This document shows positions 1 through 9,265 of a stretch of DNA of 43,369 bases, piece by piece. The stretch is from an uncultured virus (IMG/VR IMGVR_UViG_3300032134_000001). Taxonomy: Duplodnaviria > Heunggongvirae > Uroviricota > Caudoviricetes. A program made the position numbers and the translations under genes. The notes beneath the pieces are model-generated. The model saw nothing but the letters and a program-made list of their open reading frames with translations, did no database searches and was not told where the DNA came from. The number at the start of each line of letters is the position of its first letter. The first letter of the stretch is position 1. The stretch lies in the IMG/VR virus record IMGVR_UViG_3300032134_000001. One strand, written 5' to 3'.

Positions 1-67
1 GCTGACCTCCGCCGTCACTCTACCGGCGCAGTCCTTGCCGGGCACTCATCTCGGCGCAGACGCGGTG

Positions 68-355
68 CTACGGCTTGAACGGGAGGGCAGCCGGGCCGTC
101 AGGTGCCCGGTTGAGCTTCACTGTGCCGTCGCGGAAGATGGCCTGGGTCTCCTCGGCAGTCAACATCACCTCCCAAGACATGGGCGGAGCGCCGGGAACA
201 CCTATCTGGATGGTGGTCGTCGTCTGGTCCTGTCCCCTGTCCTCCGTGAGGGCAGTAGGAATCGAGCCACACGGCAGGTGGAGCAAGCGGTCCTGTGACA
301 TCGGGAACACCATGAAGGGGTGGTCCCAGATGATCATCGAGCCGAAGCCCGCCAT
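68..355 (-). CDS. hypothetical protein, 95 aa
   Basis: ATG coupled to upstream stop (TGATG at 355); GC3-rich codons. Confidence 0.75.
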   Translation of the reverse strand: MAGFGSMIIWDHPFMVFPMSQDRLLHLPCGSIPTALTEDRGQDQTTTTIQIGVPGAPPMSWEVMLTAEETQAIFRDGTVKLNRAPDGPAALPFKP

Positions 356-840
356 CAGCTTGCCGTTCCGGTCTTCTTCGCGCTCTCGGGTTCGGCAGAA
401 GAATCGCCTTCCGGGGTCTCTTCGTCGTCCTCGCCCTCGTCATCATCGTCGATGAGGGGTTCGAGGCCGAGCATCTTGCGGGCCTGGTTGTAGGCTTCTG
501 CGACGTCTTCGTTCAGCTCCTTGGGGGCCAGGTAGACCGTCTCGATCTCGGTGAGGTAGATCGGCGTGTCCGACTCCATCATGTAGAACTGGGCGTCCAC
601 CTGGAGACGAACAGCGATCTCCTGCCCAGCCTGAGCAGCTTCGGGGAACTGGGCCATCAGGCCATCCACCATCGCCCTCTTCACCTGCTGGATCAGGACC
701 CACTTCGGGTTGAAGACCCGGCGGCTGAGCTTGACTTCGGACCACCCGGCCGGGAGGTCATCGAGGTTGTCGTCATCGAACTGGGGCCCACCCTGGGCGA
801 CCAGCCCGGAGAGGGCACATTCGTACTCGTAGCGGCTCAT
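355..840 (-). CDS. hypothetical protein with acidic C-terminal tail
   Basis: Start moved to ATG 840 (MSRYEY), ATGA overlap with upstream stop at 837. Confidence 0.8.
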   Translation of the reverse strand: MSRYEYECALSGLVAQGGPQFDDDNLDDLPAGWSEVKLSRRVFNPKWVLIQQVKRAMVDGLMAQFPEAAQAGQEIAVRLQVDAQFYMMESDTPIYLTEIETVYLAPKELNEDVAEAYNQARKMLGLEPLIDDDDEGEDDEETPEGDSSAEPESAKKTGTAS

Positions 841-1577
841 GATGCAGACTCCTGGAGCTTGCGCTTCCATCGGGTCGAATAGTCGTGGAGACCCACGAGG
901 TCAGGGAAGGCGGCATGTGCCACCTGGGCGATGTTGGCTGAGATGCGGTCGACACGGTCGAGGTCGTCCAGGCCCAGCAGGTGGGCGATGCCCCCCTGCA
1001 GTGAGCCGAACTCGCTGAGCCAGCGAAGGATCGGCAGCGGCCACTGGCCTGAGCCGATGTCCTTGAGCAGGGTGAGCCGATCGGGCTGCTCGACCACAGG
1101 CGTGTCATCCTCCCCCACTTCGCACTCGAAGCCGACGAGCCAGGCGTTCAGGAAGGTGGTGAAGACCTTTCCTGCCTCGGGGTCGAGCCGGACCTGAGCG
1201 AGGTCCACACTTGCGAGGGGCTCTTCGTGCCCGGAGCCGGTCGGGTAGTGCGTGGGAGCTGGGTTGGAGGAGCCGTCCGTCTGGTCGTAGACCGGGTCGG
1301 TGTGGAGCGGCTCCATCGTCGGAGCTGAGAGCACCTCTCCGCTTGCCCGAACTTCAGAGGGGGCAGCCTGGGCCGCCCACTGCTTGACGCGCTGAGCTTC
1401 GTGGGCCTCAGACCCCGGAGCGGGCTGAGATGGAACCTGCTGCTCCGAGACATGCCTCGGCACGATGGAGGGAGGCGGAGCCGCCCCCACCCCCGGCGAG
1501 ATGGCCGGAGAGAGACCCCGAAGCATCTGCATCAGGACTGCGGGGTCGCCCTCGAAGGAGAACTTGATGTCGTTCAC
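837..1577 (-). CDS. hypothetical protein, Pro-rich N-half, helical C-domain
   Basis: GTG start overlapping upstream TGA, GGAGG SD upstream. Confidence 0.8.
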   Translation of the reverse strand: MNDIKFSFEGDPAVLMQMLRGLSPAISPGVGAAPPPSIVPRHVSEQQVPSQPAPGSEAHEAQRVKQWAAQAAPSEVRASGEVLSAPTMEPLHTDPVYDQTDGSSNPAPTHYPTGSGHEEPLASVDLAQVRLDPEAGKVFTTFLNAWLVGFECEVGEDDTPVVEQPDRLTLLKDIGSGQWPLPILRWLSEFGSLQGGIAHLLGLDDLDRVDRISANIAQVAHAAFPDLVGLHDYSTRWKRKLQESAS

Positions 1578-4345
1578 TCTGCCTCCTGCGCCAGGGCCTT
1601 GAGCCGGGCGTAGTCTTCTTCGGTGTAGGGCACGTCGTCGGGGATGAGTCCGCTGTCTCGCATCGCTTCAACCACGGCTGCCTGGAGGTCCGGGTTGTCG
1701 CTGGCCTCGGCCAGGGCAGCGTCCACCGTGACAGCCTTGATGTAGTAGTAGATGCCGACCTCTTCCGTGATGGCCTGGGTGATCAGCCCCAGCCACTCGT
1801 CCTGGGCAGCTCCTGCCAGCTTCCCGCCCAGAGCCCGGATGGCCTTGCGCGCCTTCTTCTGGTCCATCAGGCTGAGCCCGGCCTCCTTGGCCCGTGCCAG
1901 GGTGTTGATCGGCTCTGTGGGGGCTGCCCGAGGAGCAGCAGTCTCGGTGCCTTCGGTGTCGGTACCGGAGTTGTCGTCAGAGTCGTCTTCGTCTTCGTAC
2001 TCGTTGAACTCGGGCGGGAGGAAGGGACGAGGCTGAGCCTGAGGCGCCGTTCTGGGGTCGACCGCGGTCGGAATCCCCTGCGCCGAGCGTGGCATGACCA
2101 CCATCGGACCCTGCGGCGTCTGCACGACCTGGCCCTGCGCGGGGGTCGCTGCGATGCGCCTCCGACCCTTGGCCGTGATCTGCTGCTGCTGCTCGGCCTT
2201 CGCCGTGATCGCTGCCTTGCCCAGCTCTGCGATGGAGCCAAGCACCTTGGGGATCGCGTCGGCCCAACCGCCCTCTTCGCCTTCCTTCGCGCCGAAGATC
2301 TTCGCGAGGATCTCGGGGCCCTCCATGCCGAGAGCTTCTCCGATGCCACCCAGGCCGCCAAGGAGACCTCCACCTTCTCCGCCACCCTGAGCCAGGGCCA
2401 GGCGTTCCTGGTGCTCGCGGGCGCTCTCGCGCTCCAGCTCCATCTGACGGAGCATGAACTCGTGCTGCCGAGTCCGATCTCGGTCGGCAGCTTCGCGAGC
2501 CTCCCGCTCCAGGCTGTCGCGTCGGGTCTGGGCTTCCATCCGAGCCTCACGGTCCAGGCGAGTCTGCTCAGACATCCGCTCCTGGTGCTCACGGGCACGA
2601 CTTGCATCGACTTCCATCTGCTTGAGCTTCAGCTCCATCTCAGCCTTGCGGGCCTCTTCAGCACGGCGAGCCTCTTCCTTGCGGCGCTCTTCGTCCCGGG
2701 TGGACTGAGCAGCACGGCGCTGGGCCGCGTCTTCCCGCTCCTGCCGCTCGCGCTCCATGCGGAGGGCGAAGTCCTGCCTCTCGCGCTCGACGCGCTCCCG
2801 GTCAGTGCGCTCTCGGCGCTCAGCATCTTCGCGCTGCTGCGCGGTCTTGCGCTCCCAGTCCTCCTTCTCGGCACGTCGCTTCTCGTCCAGCTCGACCCGC
2901 CAGCGCTCACGCTCCTCGCGGGCGGCTTCACGAGCACGCTCCATCTCCATCTTCTCGCGCTCCAGGCGCACGACGATCTCGGACTTCTCCGACTCCCGAC
3001 GGCGCTCCAGCTCGCCTTCGCGGCGCTGGGACTCTGCTCGCACTCCTTCTTCCCGCCGACGGATCTCGTCACGCTCCGACTCCCGACGACGCTCCGCGTC
3101 CTTCTCGCGACGGTCTGCATCGAGGCGAGCCTGCTCCAGCTCGAACTTGCGCTGCTCTTCGATGCGCTTCTGCTCCAGCCCGAGCCGCTCACGCTCGATG
3201 AGGATGCGGTGCTCGCCGTCGTCCTTCTCCTTCAAGCGGAGGCGCTCGGCCTCTTCCCGCTCGCGGTTCCGGCGCATCTCGAACTCAGCCTGGTCGGACT
3301 TGCGCTTGGCCTCGACTTCTGACCGCTGACGGTCGAAGAACTCGCGGTCCTGGCGCATCCGAACTTCGTCGGAGGCCCGGTTCCGCTCGGCCTGGGACGC
3401 GGCAGAAGCCTGCTGCTGGGAGAACACGGTGGTCAGCGTCTGCACAAGAAGTCCACTCTGATTCTCCTGAGCCTGCAGCTGTTCCTTCGCCCGAGCCTGG
3501 TCGGACTCCATGAGCCTCTCGGTCATCTTCTGGACGACATCAGCAGACCGGTCTGCGACCGCGATGCGCTCGGCAAAGCGGGCCTTCTCCTCCTCGCGGA
3601 GGCGGTCTCGCTCTTCTTCGAGAGTGACCTGAAGAAGCTCGGTGCGGCGCTCGGCAGACTCGACGGCCTGCTCGAACATGCGGCCCATCTCCTCTGCGTA
3701 GGCACCGTCGTTGCCGCCGCCCTGGTTGATCAAGATGGGGTCTTGCACGCCTCGCTCCTCCCGTTCCCGTTCCTTCTGGCGACGGATGCGAGCCACCATG
3801 TCGTGGTGCTCGCTGATGTTCTTGGTGAACTCCTTGCCCAACTCCCGCCCGTTCATGTCGACCGGTCGGAACTTGAACTGGAAGCGCCCATCGCCCTGGC
3901 CGGGCATGGCGCCGTAGAACTTCCGCACGAAGTCGTCCTCGGACGCCTCGGCGTCGATGGCGCCGAGAGCCACCGGGATGCCGTTCTCCCAGCGCCACAC
4001 GCGGAACTGGACTGCGGTGGGGAAGTTGGCTGCCTGGGCGTAGAGCTTGGGCGACGTGGCCCGACCCACCGTGTCCGCAGCCCCGCCGAAGAGGTCTGAG
4101 GCCTGCGTCCGGGTTCCCAAGAGCGGGGACTCCCCGAAGGTCTGGACGTTGGGGTTGTTCAGGTCCGCGATGTCAGGGTCGTCGTCTTCATCGTGCTGCC
4201 CGTAGGGCGGCGGCTCGGGGAGGTACTCCTCGGAGTCGTCGTCGTCCTCATCCTCATCCTCGTCGAGGAGGTCCAGGGGCTCGTTCGTGTCGATCTGGGC
4301 CAGGCGCAGGGCCTCGGCCAGCTCCGTCTCAGTCTGTCGAGGCAT
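1574..4345 (-). CDS. 923-aa protein with long Glu/Arg-rich coiled-coil or single alpha-helix region
   Basis: Long ORF, GGAGG SD; acidic N-terminus, about 450 aa of E/R-rich helix, Gly-rich segment, helical C-domain. Confidence 0.9.
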   Translation of the reverse strand: MPRQTETELAEALRLAQIDTNEPLDLLDEDEDEDDDDSEEYLPEPPPYGQHDEDDDPDIADLNNPNVQTFGESPLLGTRTQASDLFGGAADTVGRATSPKLYAQAANFPTAVQFRVWRWENGIPVALGAIDAEASEDDFVRKFYGAMPGQGDGRFQFKFRPVDMNGRELGKEFTKNISEHHDMVARIRRQKEREREERGVQDPILINQGGGNDGAYAEEMGRMFEQAVESAERRTELLQVTLEEERDRLREEEKARFAERIAVADRSADVVQKMTERLMESDQARAKEQLQAQENQSGLLVQTLTTVFSQQQASAASQAERNRASDEVRMRQDREFFDRQRSEVEAKRKSDQAEFEMRRNREREEAERLRLKEKDDGEHRILIERERLGLEQKRIEEQRKFELEQARLDADRREKDAERRRESERDEIRRREEGVRAESQRREGELERRRESEKSEIVVRLEREKMEMERAREAAREERERWRVELDEKRRAEKEDWERKTAQQREDAERRERTDRERVERERQDFALRMERERQEREDAAQRRAAQSTRDEERRKEEARRAEEARKAEMELKLKQMEVDASRAREHQERMSEQTRLDREARMEAQTRRDSLEREAREAADRDRTRQHEFMLRQMELERESAREHQERLALAQGGGEGGGLLGGLGGIGEALGMEGPEILAKIFGAKEGEEGGWADAIPKVLGSIAELGKAAITAKAEQQQQITAKGRRRIAATPAQGQVVQTPQGPMVVMPRSAQGIPTAVDPRTAPQAQPRPFLPPEFNEYEDEDDSDDNSGTDTEGTETAAPRAAPTEPINTLARAKEAGLSLMDQKKARKAIRALGGKLAGAAQDEWLGLITQAITEEVGIYYYIKAVTVDAALAEASDNPDLQAAVVEAMRDSGLIPDDVPYTEEDYARLKALAQEAE

Positions 4346-4409
4346 CCAGCTATCCCTCCGGCGGATTCTTCTCCTCCAGAGCTATTGGCTCGCCCCGCGC
4401 CCGGCCAGC

Positions 4410-4490
4410 CACGCGATTGATAGATGGGATAAGATATTTAGTAATCTGCTGTACTACACGGCATATGATACACCCAAGTGCATGAAAACA
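4410..4490. promoter_or_regulatory. AT-rich divergent promoter region
   Basis: Most AT-rich stretch in the window, between divergent genes 4345(-) and 4502(+); GATA repeats, TATGAT and TTGATA hexamers. Confidence 0.6.
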
Positions 4491-4501
4491 CAGGAGTTCC
4501 C

Positions 4502-4942
4502 ATGAGTAGGACGGACATGGCCAAGCTGATGCGAGCCCGAGGGGTCCGGCCTCGACGCCGAGAACGGAAGAAGTCTGAGCCGGCCGCACCCCCCTCACCC
4601 CGTCTGGCTGACACCTTCCGCGAGCCTCCTCCCGCGGAAGTGAAGAAGACAGGCAGCGTCTTCCAAGTCCCGGACGCTTGGGAGGCCCCGAAGTCAGTGC
4701 AGAAGAAGTCGCTTCTCCGGCACAAGGGAGTGCCAGAAGAGGAGGCGCAGCCCAAGCTCAAGCCCGGCCCCAAGAAGAAGGCGCCGCACAAGCGGAGGAA
4801 GACAGCGATCAGCATCTCAGTGAGCGAGGAGGAGGAGTTCTACCTCCGCAAGCACGCGCACGAGTTGGGGCTGGGAATCAGCGAGTGGATGAGAGCCCTC
4901 GCGTTCAAGGCGATGGGGATGCCCATCCCCCCACGCTCGTGA
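4502..4942 (+). CDS. ribbon-helix-helix (MobC/CopG-like) DNA-binding protein
   Basis: AGGAG SD before ATG 4502; C-terminal KTAISISVSEEEEFYLRKHAHELGLGISEWMRALA fits the beta-helix-helix RHH pattern; basic disordered N-terminus. Confidence 0.75.
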   Translation: MSRTDMAKLMRARGVRPRRRERKKSEPAAPPSPRLADTFREPPPAEVKKTGSVFQVPDAWEAPKSVQKKSLLRHKGVPEEEAQPKLKPGPKKKAPHKRRKTAISISVSEEEEFYLRKHAHELGLGISEWMRALAFKAMGMPIPPRS

Positions 4943-4957
4943 CCCGGCCTGGGCTCA

Positions 4958-4986
4958 TTGACACGGTCGGGGAGCAGGTGTATAGG
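4958..4986 (+). promoter_or_regulatory. sigma70-like promoter TTGACA-N17-TATAGG
   Basis: Perfect -35 (4958-4963), 17-nt spacer, 4/6 -10 (4981-4986). Confidence 0.5.
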
Positions 4987-5020
4987 TAGTGGGACGGCTC
5001 CCTCGGCCGTCCTCTACTCC

Positions 5021-5263
5021 TCATCCTCTTGGAGCCCCGCTTGGCCTCGCGCCGGGCGGGGTTTCCTCGTTCTGAGGGATGGGACCCAGATGCTCGCGAC
5101 GGCTGATCTTCACCATCAAGGTGTACGAGGCGTTCCCCGCACAGCGTTCGCAGAGCGGGGCACAGCCATTTCCCCACCACATGCGCGTGGGGCGATGACA
5201 GAGCACGCAGCGCTCCATGCCCCCCTCCTGATCGGGAGGCTCTTGCGTCACCTTGACGGGCAT
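5021..5263 (-). CDS. small zinc-finger protein (CxxC...CxxC)
   Basis: CVLC...CERC; start at MPVKV chosen. Confidence 0.6.
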   Translation of the reverse strand: MPVKVTQEPPDQEGGMERCVLCHRPTRMWWGNGCAPLCERCAGNASYTLMVKISRREHLGPIPQNEETPPGARPSGAPRG

Positions 5264-5268
5264 CGACT

Positions 5269-5751
5269 CTACGGAGCCCAGCGGTGGCCGCAGTCGCGAC
5301 AGCCGGCCTGCGGGGTGTTCCCGAGGATAGCGACGATCAGTCCGCGGCTGCTCCCACACGATGGGCAGGTGTGGGTGTAGGTCTCAGGCACCGGTTCCGG
5401 CGCCGGTGCGGGCTCGGGCTCGGAAGGAGCTTCTTCCACAGCCTCGTCCACAACTTCTTCCACAGCCTCAGGCCCGTCGTCATCAGCATCGACGTCGTCA
5501 GGACCGGAGTTGTCCACAGCAGCCTCAGCCTCGCCTCCCTCGATCACCGCGGCCTCGGGCGCCTCGGTCTCTTCGACCACAGCCTCGACCTCCGTGGCAT
5601 CAGGCACCGCGTCCACCGGGCCAGCTACGGCCTCGACCTGGACGCGATGGCTGGCCACGCGACAGTAGTGTCGTCCGTTCGCCTCGCCCACCGAGCGGTT
5701 CTTGCAGGGATTGCCGGAGCCGGTCTTGGCGTCGCAGAGGGGATCGGACAT
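5269..5751 (-). CDS. protein with two Zn-binding modules joined by an acidic linker
   Basis: N-terminal C..KT.SG.PC...C...H; C-terminal CPSC...CRDC ribbon; GGGAG SD. Confidence 0.8.
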   Translation of the reverse strand: MSDPLCDAKTGSGNPCKNRSVGEANGRHYCRVASHRVQVEAVAGPVDAVPDATEVEAVVEETEAPEAAVIEGGEAEAAVDNSGPDDVDADDDGPEAVEEVVDEAVEEAPSEPEPAPAPEPVPETYTHTCPSCGSSRGLIVAILGNTPQAGCRDCGHRWAP

Positions 5752-5767
5752 GAGGGAATCTCCCGAA

Positions 5768-5808
5768 GTGTGACGGCCAGCCTAACACTGGCTTGCCAAC
5801 CGTCACAC
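5768..5808 (-). promoter_or_regulatory. inverted repeat containing a possible extended -10 promoter
   Basis: GTGTGACGG (5768-5776) / CCGTCACAC (5800-5808); minus strand TGtTAGGCT with -10 at 5779-5784. Confidence 0.35.
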
Positions 5809-6657
5809 ATTGAGAGTGCTACGCGGCGGGAACAGCAGGGGCGGCTGATCTGCCCGGCGGCGTACCGCAGCGCCGACAGGACCGTGAAGGGGAAGGAAGA
5901 AGGAAGGGCGGCGCGAGCCTTTGGCCAGTCCGCTGCACCCTCCGCATTGGTTGCAAGTGAGGCCGAACGACTCGGCATGACACAACTTCCGGCCTGCGGC
6001 AAGATGAGCCCTGTCATCGCGTGGCGAGTCGCTGGACGAGAAGGTCCTCCAGCCCAGCGCCTCAGCTTGGGCAGCCTCCTCGGGGGAGGAGCAGGAGGCC
6101 ATGAACAGGCGCTCCCACGCTGCGTCGAGCTGTCGCCAGTGAGCTGTGTAGCCAGCCCAGCCTCCCGCTGTTCGAGCCAGCTCCTCCCAGACGTAGAGCG
6201 GCACAGCGGAAGGGTCGCCTTCCATGCCGAATCGGAGCCTGGCTCCCTTTGCCCACGAGGCCAGGCGCTCACGCGGGACGACTTTCCGCTGCACCGCCGC
6301 ACCCCAGGCTGACCGGAGCCGCCCTTTGTTGACGTAGCAGGAGTTCTGCCCGCCACGAGCCGAGCTGCGGTGGACGCAGCTTGCAGGACACACAGCCCCG
6401 TCTTGGCCCTGTCGCCAGGCAGCCGCCGGGGGCAGGTCCGCCCGGAAGATGGCCACCTGGATCATGTCGCCGGTCTTGCTGTTGCGCGAGGGTGCAACCT
6501 GCGTTGCGCAAGCAGCCGCCAGCACTTCAGTCACCCCGTCCAGCCTGGACAGGCCACGCCACAAGACCACCGGGGTGGGTAGGTCTCGTGTCCTCGTCAA
6601 CCCGTGCCACTTCTTCGTCTGCGCAATCCAGAGCTTTCGCCACGGGATCTTCTTCAT
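5803..6657 (-). CDS. conserved phage Cys-cluster protein (degenerate radical-SAM-like family)
   Basis: N.KTGDM.Q, CPASC...CYV, LRFG.EGDP, GYT.HW, MAS motifs and C-terminal CNQCGGC. Confidence 0.6.
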   Translation of the reverse strand: MKKIPWRKLWIAQTKKWHGLTRTRDLPTPVVLWRGLSRLDGVTEVLAAACATQVAPSRNSKTGDMIQVAIFRADLPPAAAWRQGQDGAVCPASCVHRSSARGGQNSCYVNKGRLRSAWGAAVQRKVVPRERLASWAKGARLRFGMEGDPSAVPLYVWEELARTAGGWAGYTAHWRQLDAAWERLFMASCSSPEEAAQAEALGWRTFSSSDSPRDDRAHLAAGRKLCHAESFGLTCNQCGGCSGLAKGSRRPSFFLPLHGPVGAAVRRRADQPPLLFPPRSTLNV

Positions 6658-6718
6658 CGCTGTCTCGTCCTCCTCAGAACAAGTGGGGGCCGCCAGATCA
6701 CCCGGCGACCCTCTTCTC

Positions 6719-7375
6719 TCAGTCCTCGTCCGCCACCAGGCGGAGCTTGGGCGGCCCCACCGCTTCTGGGTTCATCATCGCCTCGGACCCGGCAGACACC
6801 TTGGCGCCTCCCTTCTGCACGTAGAGGTCCTCCTGACCCAGCTTGATGAGGCCCATCCGCTCGTACTCCTCGACGAGCATCATCTGGGCCTCGGCCGCGT
6901 CCGGGTTCATCCCGACAGACTCAGCCCACTCCCTCATCGCCGGACCCGTGACCGGAACGATGGCTGGAAGGTCGTACCCCATGCGGGGCGTGCGAGCTGT
7001 CTGGACTCGATAGTGCAGCAGGTACCGTCGAGCGACGGTCTTGGGCGTCTCGTCATTCGCCCTCATCACAGCCGTGTTGATGACCTGGAGACCTTCGTCC
7101 CACCGGTCTTCTGGCACGGCCGTCCAGAGGTTGACGACAGCTCCAGTCAAGGCAGAGTCCCCGTACCCGGAGAAGGCGATCTGCATGTCCTCCCAGGCCC
7201 ACGCGATGGCCTGTTCCTGGTCTGTGTCTGGGTGCCAGCTCTGGAAGTCGACCCAGGCGGTCGCCAGCACCATGAACTTGAGCTTGCGGAGCGCCCGAGT
7301 TGCCTCGGGGCGCCCCACGGATTCAATGAAGGCATCCAGACCCTCCTCGAACCGCTTGTACGCGAACATCCTCAT
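6719..7375 (-). CDS. hypothetical protein, 218 aa
   Basis: GGAG SD, GC3-rich coding frame. Confidence 0.8.
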   Translation of the reverse strand: MRMFAYKRFEEGLDAFIESVGRPEATRALRKLKFMVLATAWVDFQSWHPDTDQEQAIAWAWEDMQIAFSGYGDSALTGAVVNLWTAVPEDRWDEGLQVINTAVMRANDETPKTVARRYLLHYRVQTARTPRMGYDLPAIVPVTGPAMREWAESVGMNPDAAEAQMMLVEEYERMGLIKLGQEDLYVQKGGAKVSAGSEAMMNPEAVGPPKLRLVADED

Positions 7376-7379
7376 TCTG

Positions 7380-7949
7380 CTACTCCCACTCGATGTGGCC
7401 GCTCTTGATGGCGACCTCGTTGTTGTTGACTACGATCTTGCCTACGTCCGAGCGCTCCTCGCCCTGCCACGTCACCTCCCCGTCCAGGCGGTAGCCCCAG
7501 GGCTCCAGGAAGTTCTCCAGGAGGTACGCCAGCCACTCCTGGTAGTTGTAGAACTTCTCGCCGCCATCCCACCCGAAGTGGGTGTAGACGGCTCCTTCCT
7601 CCGGTCCTTCATCCTCGGACCACCCAGAGAGGCACAAGCTCTCTCCGCTCTCGGTCTGCGGAACCCACTGGCACCACAGGCCAGGCTGCCGCGTCGGCGG
7701 CCCGTTGTGACTCACCACGCTCTCGTCTCCGCCCTGGCCAGCCGCGCCCGCCCCGCCAGTGAAGAAGGCCCCGTGTGCGCCCACGGGGAGACCCACCGCT
7801 TCCCGGTACGGGTCTGGGAGCCCCTTGGCCTTGCCTTCGTCCCGGCTCATTCGCCGCGTTCCCGAGAAGCGAGCCAGGTAGCAGGCGTGCTCCACAGTCA
7901 GCGGCGGCGTGACTGTGAAGCGACCCTCGAAGTCGGTCGTGTAGCCCAT
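7380..7949 (-). CDS. conserved phage hypothetical protein
   Basis: MGYTTDFEG...PGLWCQW...WDGGEKFYNY.EWL...WQGE motifs recurrent in phage proteins. Confidence 0.8.
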   Translation of the reverse strand: MGYTTDFEGRFTVTPPLTVEHACYLARFSGTRRMSRDEGKAKGLPDPYREAVGLPVGAHGAFFTGGAGAAGQGGDESVVSHNGPPTRQPGLWCQWVPQTESGESLCLSGWSEDEGPEEGAVYTHFGWDGGEKFYNYQEWLAYLLENFLEPWGYRLDGEVTWQGEERSDVGKIVVNNNEVAIKSGHIEWE

Positions 7950-7950
7950 G

Positions 7951-9165
7951 TCAGACCCCCACCACGATCTTGCAGTCGTGGGTCCGTGCGTGGTCCAGGC
8001 CGCGCTTCAGGACCTGGGCTGCGAGGCGCTCCACCTCGTACTGCTGGAAGATGTCCTTCTCCTCCAGCGCTGCGAGGGTCAGGGAGTCCACAGCCGCCGA
8101 GAGCGTACCTGCCCGACCCACGGGAGTCGCTGCATCCAGCTTCCCCTTCGCCGTCGCGATGAGCCGGTCGGAGGACTTCATCCGACGCAGCTCGCTGACC
8201 AGCCATGCGAAGACGTCGTCGATGTCGACGTTCATGGACTCCTTGTAGGCGTTGACCACGGCCTGAGCGGCCAAGAGCAAGTCCTTGAAGGCCGCCTGCA
8301 CGCTCTTCTGGATGCGCTCCGGGTCGCCCCGGTGAATCCAAGACCACTCGCGCCGCGGGTCCCAGTGCGGGATGCAGCCACCGGAGTCGAGCTTGAACAG
8401 CCCGCCTCGCAGGCCCACCTTGCGGCGGCCGACCTCGCTGTTCCAGCACTCCACCATCGGGATGGGCTCGTCGGCCAGCGCCCCGGCATCCCAGTGGCGC
8501 AACACTTCCAGCGCGTCGTCGATGCCAGCGAAGCGAAGGCGCATCGCAGCGTCGGTGACGTGCCAGCCGAGCACGGGGAGGTTCGAGTAGATACCCGCGT
8601 GCTCGATGAGGTCCGTAGTGAACGCCAGGTTGCTGTAGGGAGCGTAGCCAGTGCTGTGGCAGGACCGGACGACCCGGTACACCGTGTCTCCCACCTTCAT
8701 GCGCACGGTGCGGACCATGCGCTCCTTGTCCTTGGCGCTGGCGAACTTGGCCCACACGTCCGTCGCCAGGCGCTCACCCTGCTCGTCCATCAAGGCCAGC
8801 TCGCGCAGCCCAGAGAAGAAGCGGCTGGGCAGCACCATCCGAGCCATCTGGCTCGCACCGTTGGCCGAGAAGAGCATGGGCCGACCGAAGCCGTTGTGCT
8901 TCAGCAGCTTCGCGGTCATGTGGCGTCCAGCGAAGGACACCCGCACCCGGTCGAGACTCTCGATGGGGTCCTTCGGGTCCTGCAACGTGAGCAGGCGAGC
9001 CAGGTAGTCCCGGACATCCGGGAGCTTGAAGGGGGCGGTGTCCACCGTCGAGACCCGCTTGGCCACGAGGGTTCGGTCCTTCAGCACGAAGGGGAGAGGC
9101 TCCACCGTCGCGCTGCGGACACCATTGGTCGGCGCTTCCGCCGGGGGATTTGCTTGCATGTTCAT
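7951..9165 (-). CDS. DUF932-like phage/plasmid protein
   Basis: VR...S..Y..Y.N, NSEVG and H.G motifs; AGGAG SD. Confidence 0.6.
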   Translation of the reverse strand: MNMQANPPAEAPTNGVRSATVEPLPFVLKDRTLVAKRVSTVDTAPFKLPDVRDYLARLLTLQDPKDPIESLDRVRVSFAGRHMTAKLLKHNGFGRPMLFSANGASQMARMVLPSRFFSGLRELALMDEQGERLATDVWAKFASAKDKERMVRTVRMKVGDTVYRVVRSCHSTGYAPYSNLAFTTDLIEHAGIYSNLPVLGWHVTDAAMRLRFAGIDDALEVLRHWDAGALADEPIPMVECWNSEVGRRKVGLRGGLFKLDSGGCIPHWDPRREWSWIHRGDPERIQKSVQAAFKDLLLAAQAVVNAYKESMNVDIDDVFAWLVSELRRMKSSDRLIATAKGKLDAATPVGRAGTLSAAVDSLTLAALEEKDIFQQYEVERLAAQVLKRGLDHARTHDCKIVVGV

Positions 9166-9175
9166 CTCTACTCCT

Positions 9176-9189
9176 GGGCTCCTCAGCCC
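9176..9189 (-). repeat. GGGCT-GAGG-AGCCC hairpin, copy 1, abutting RBS
   Basis: 14-nt exact repeat, 5-bp stem. Confidence 0.8.
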
Positions 9190-9265
9190 TGCCCCTGTGA
9201 AAGACCGAAGGGACGGGGCGTCCCCTCCAGTCGTAGCTAACTCTCAGACGAGCGAGTGTCATCTG

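Noticed and set aside
2400..3700. E/R-rich region as SMC, TolA or tape-measure homologue
   Set aside because: It shows low-complexity similarity only, with no Walker motifs, TM anchor or neighbouring tail genes.
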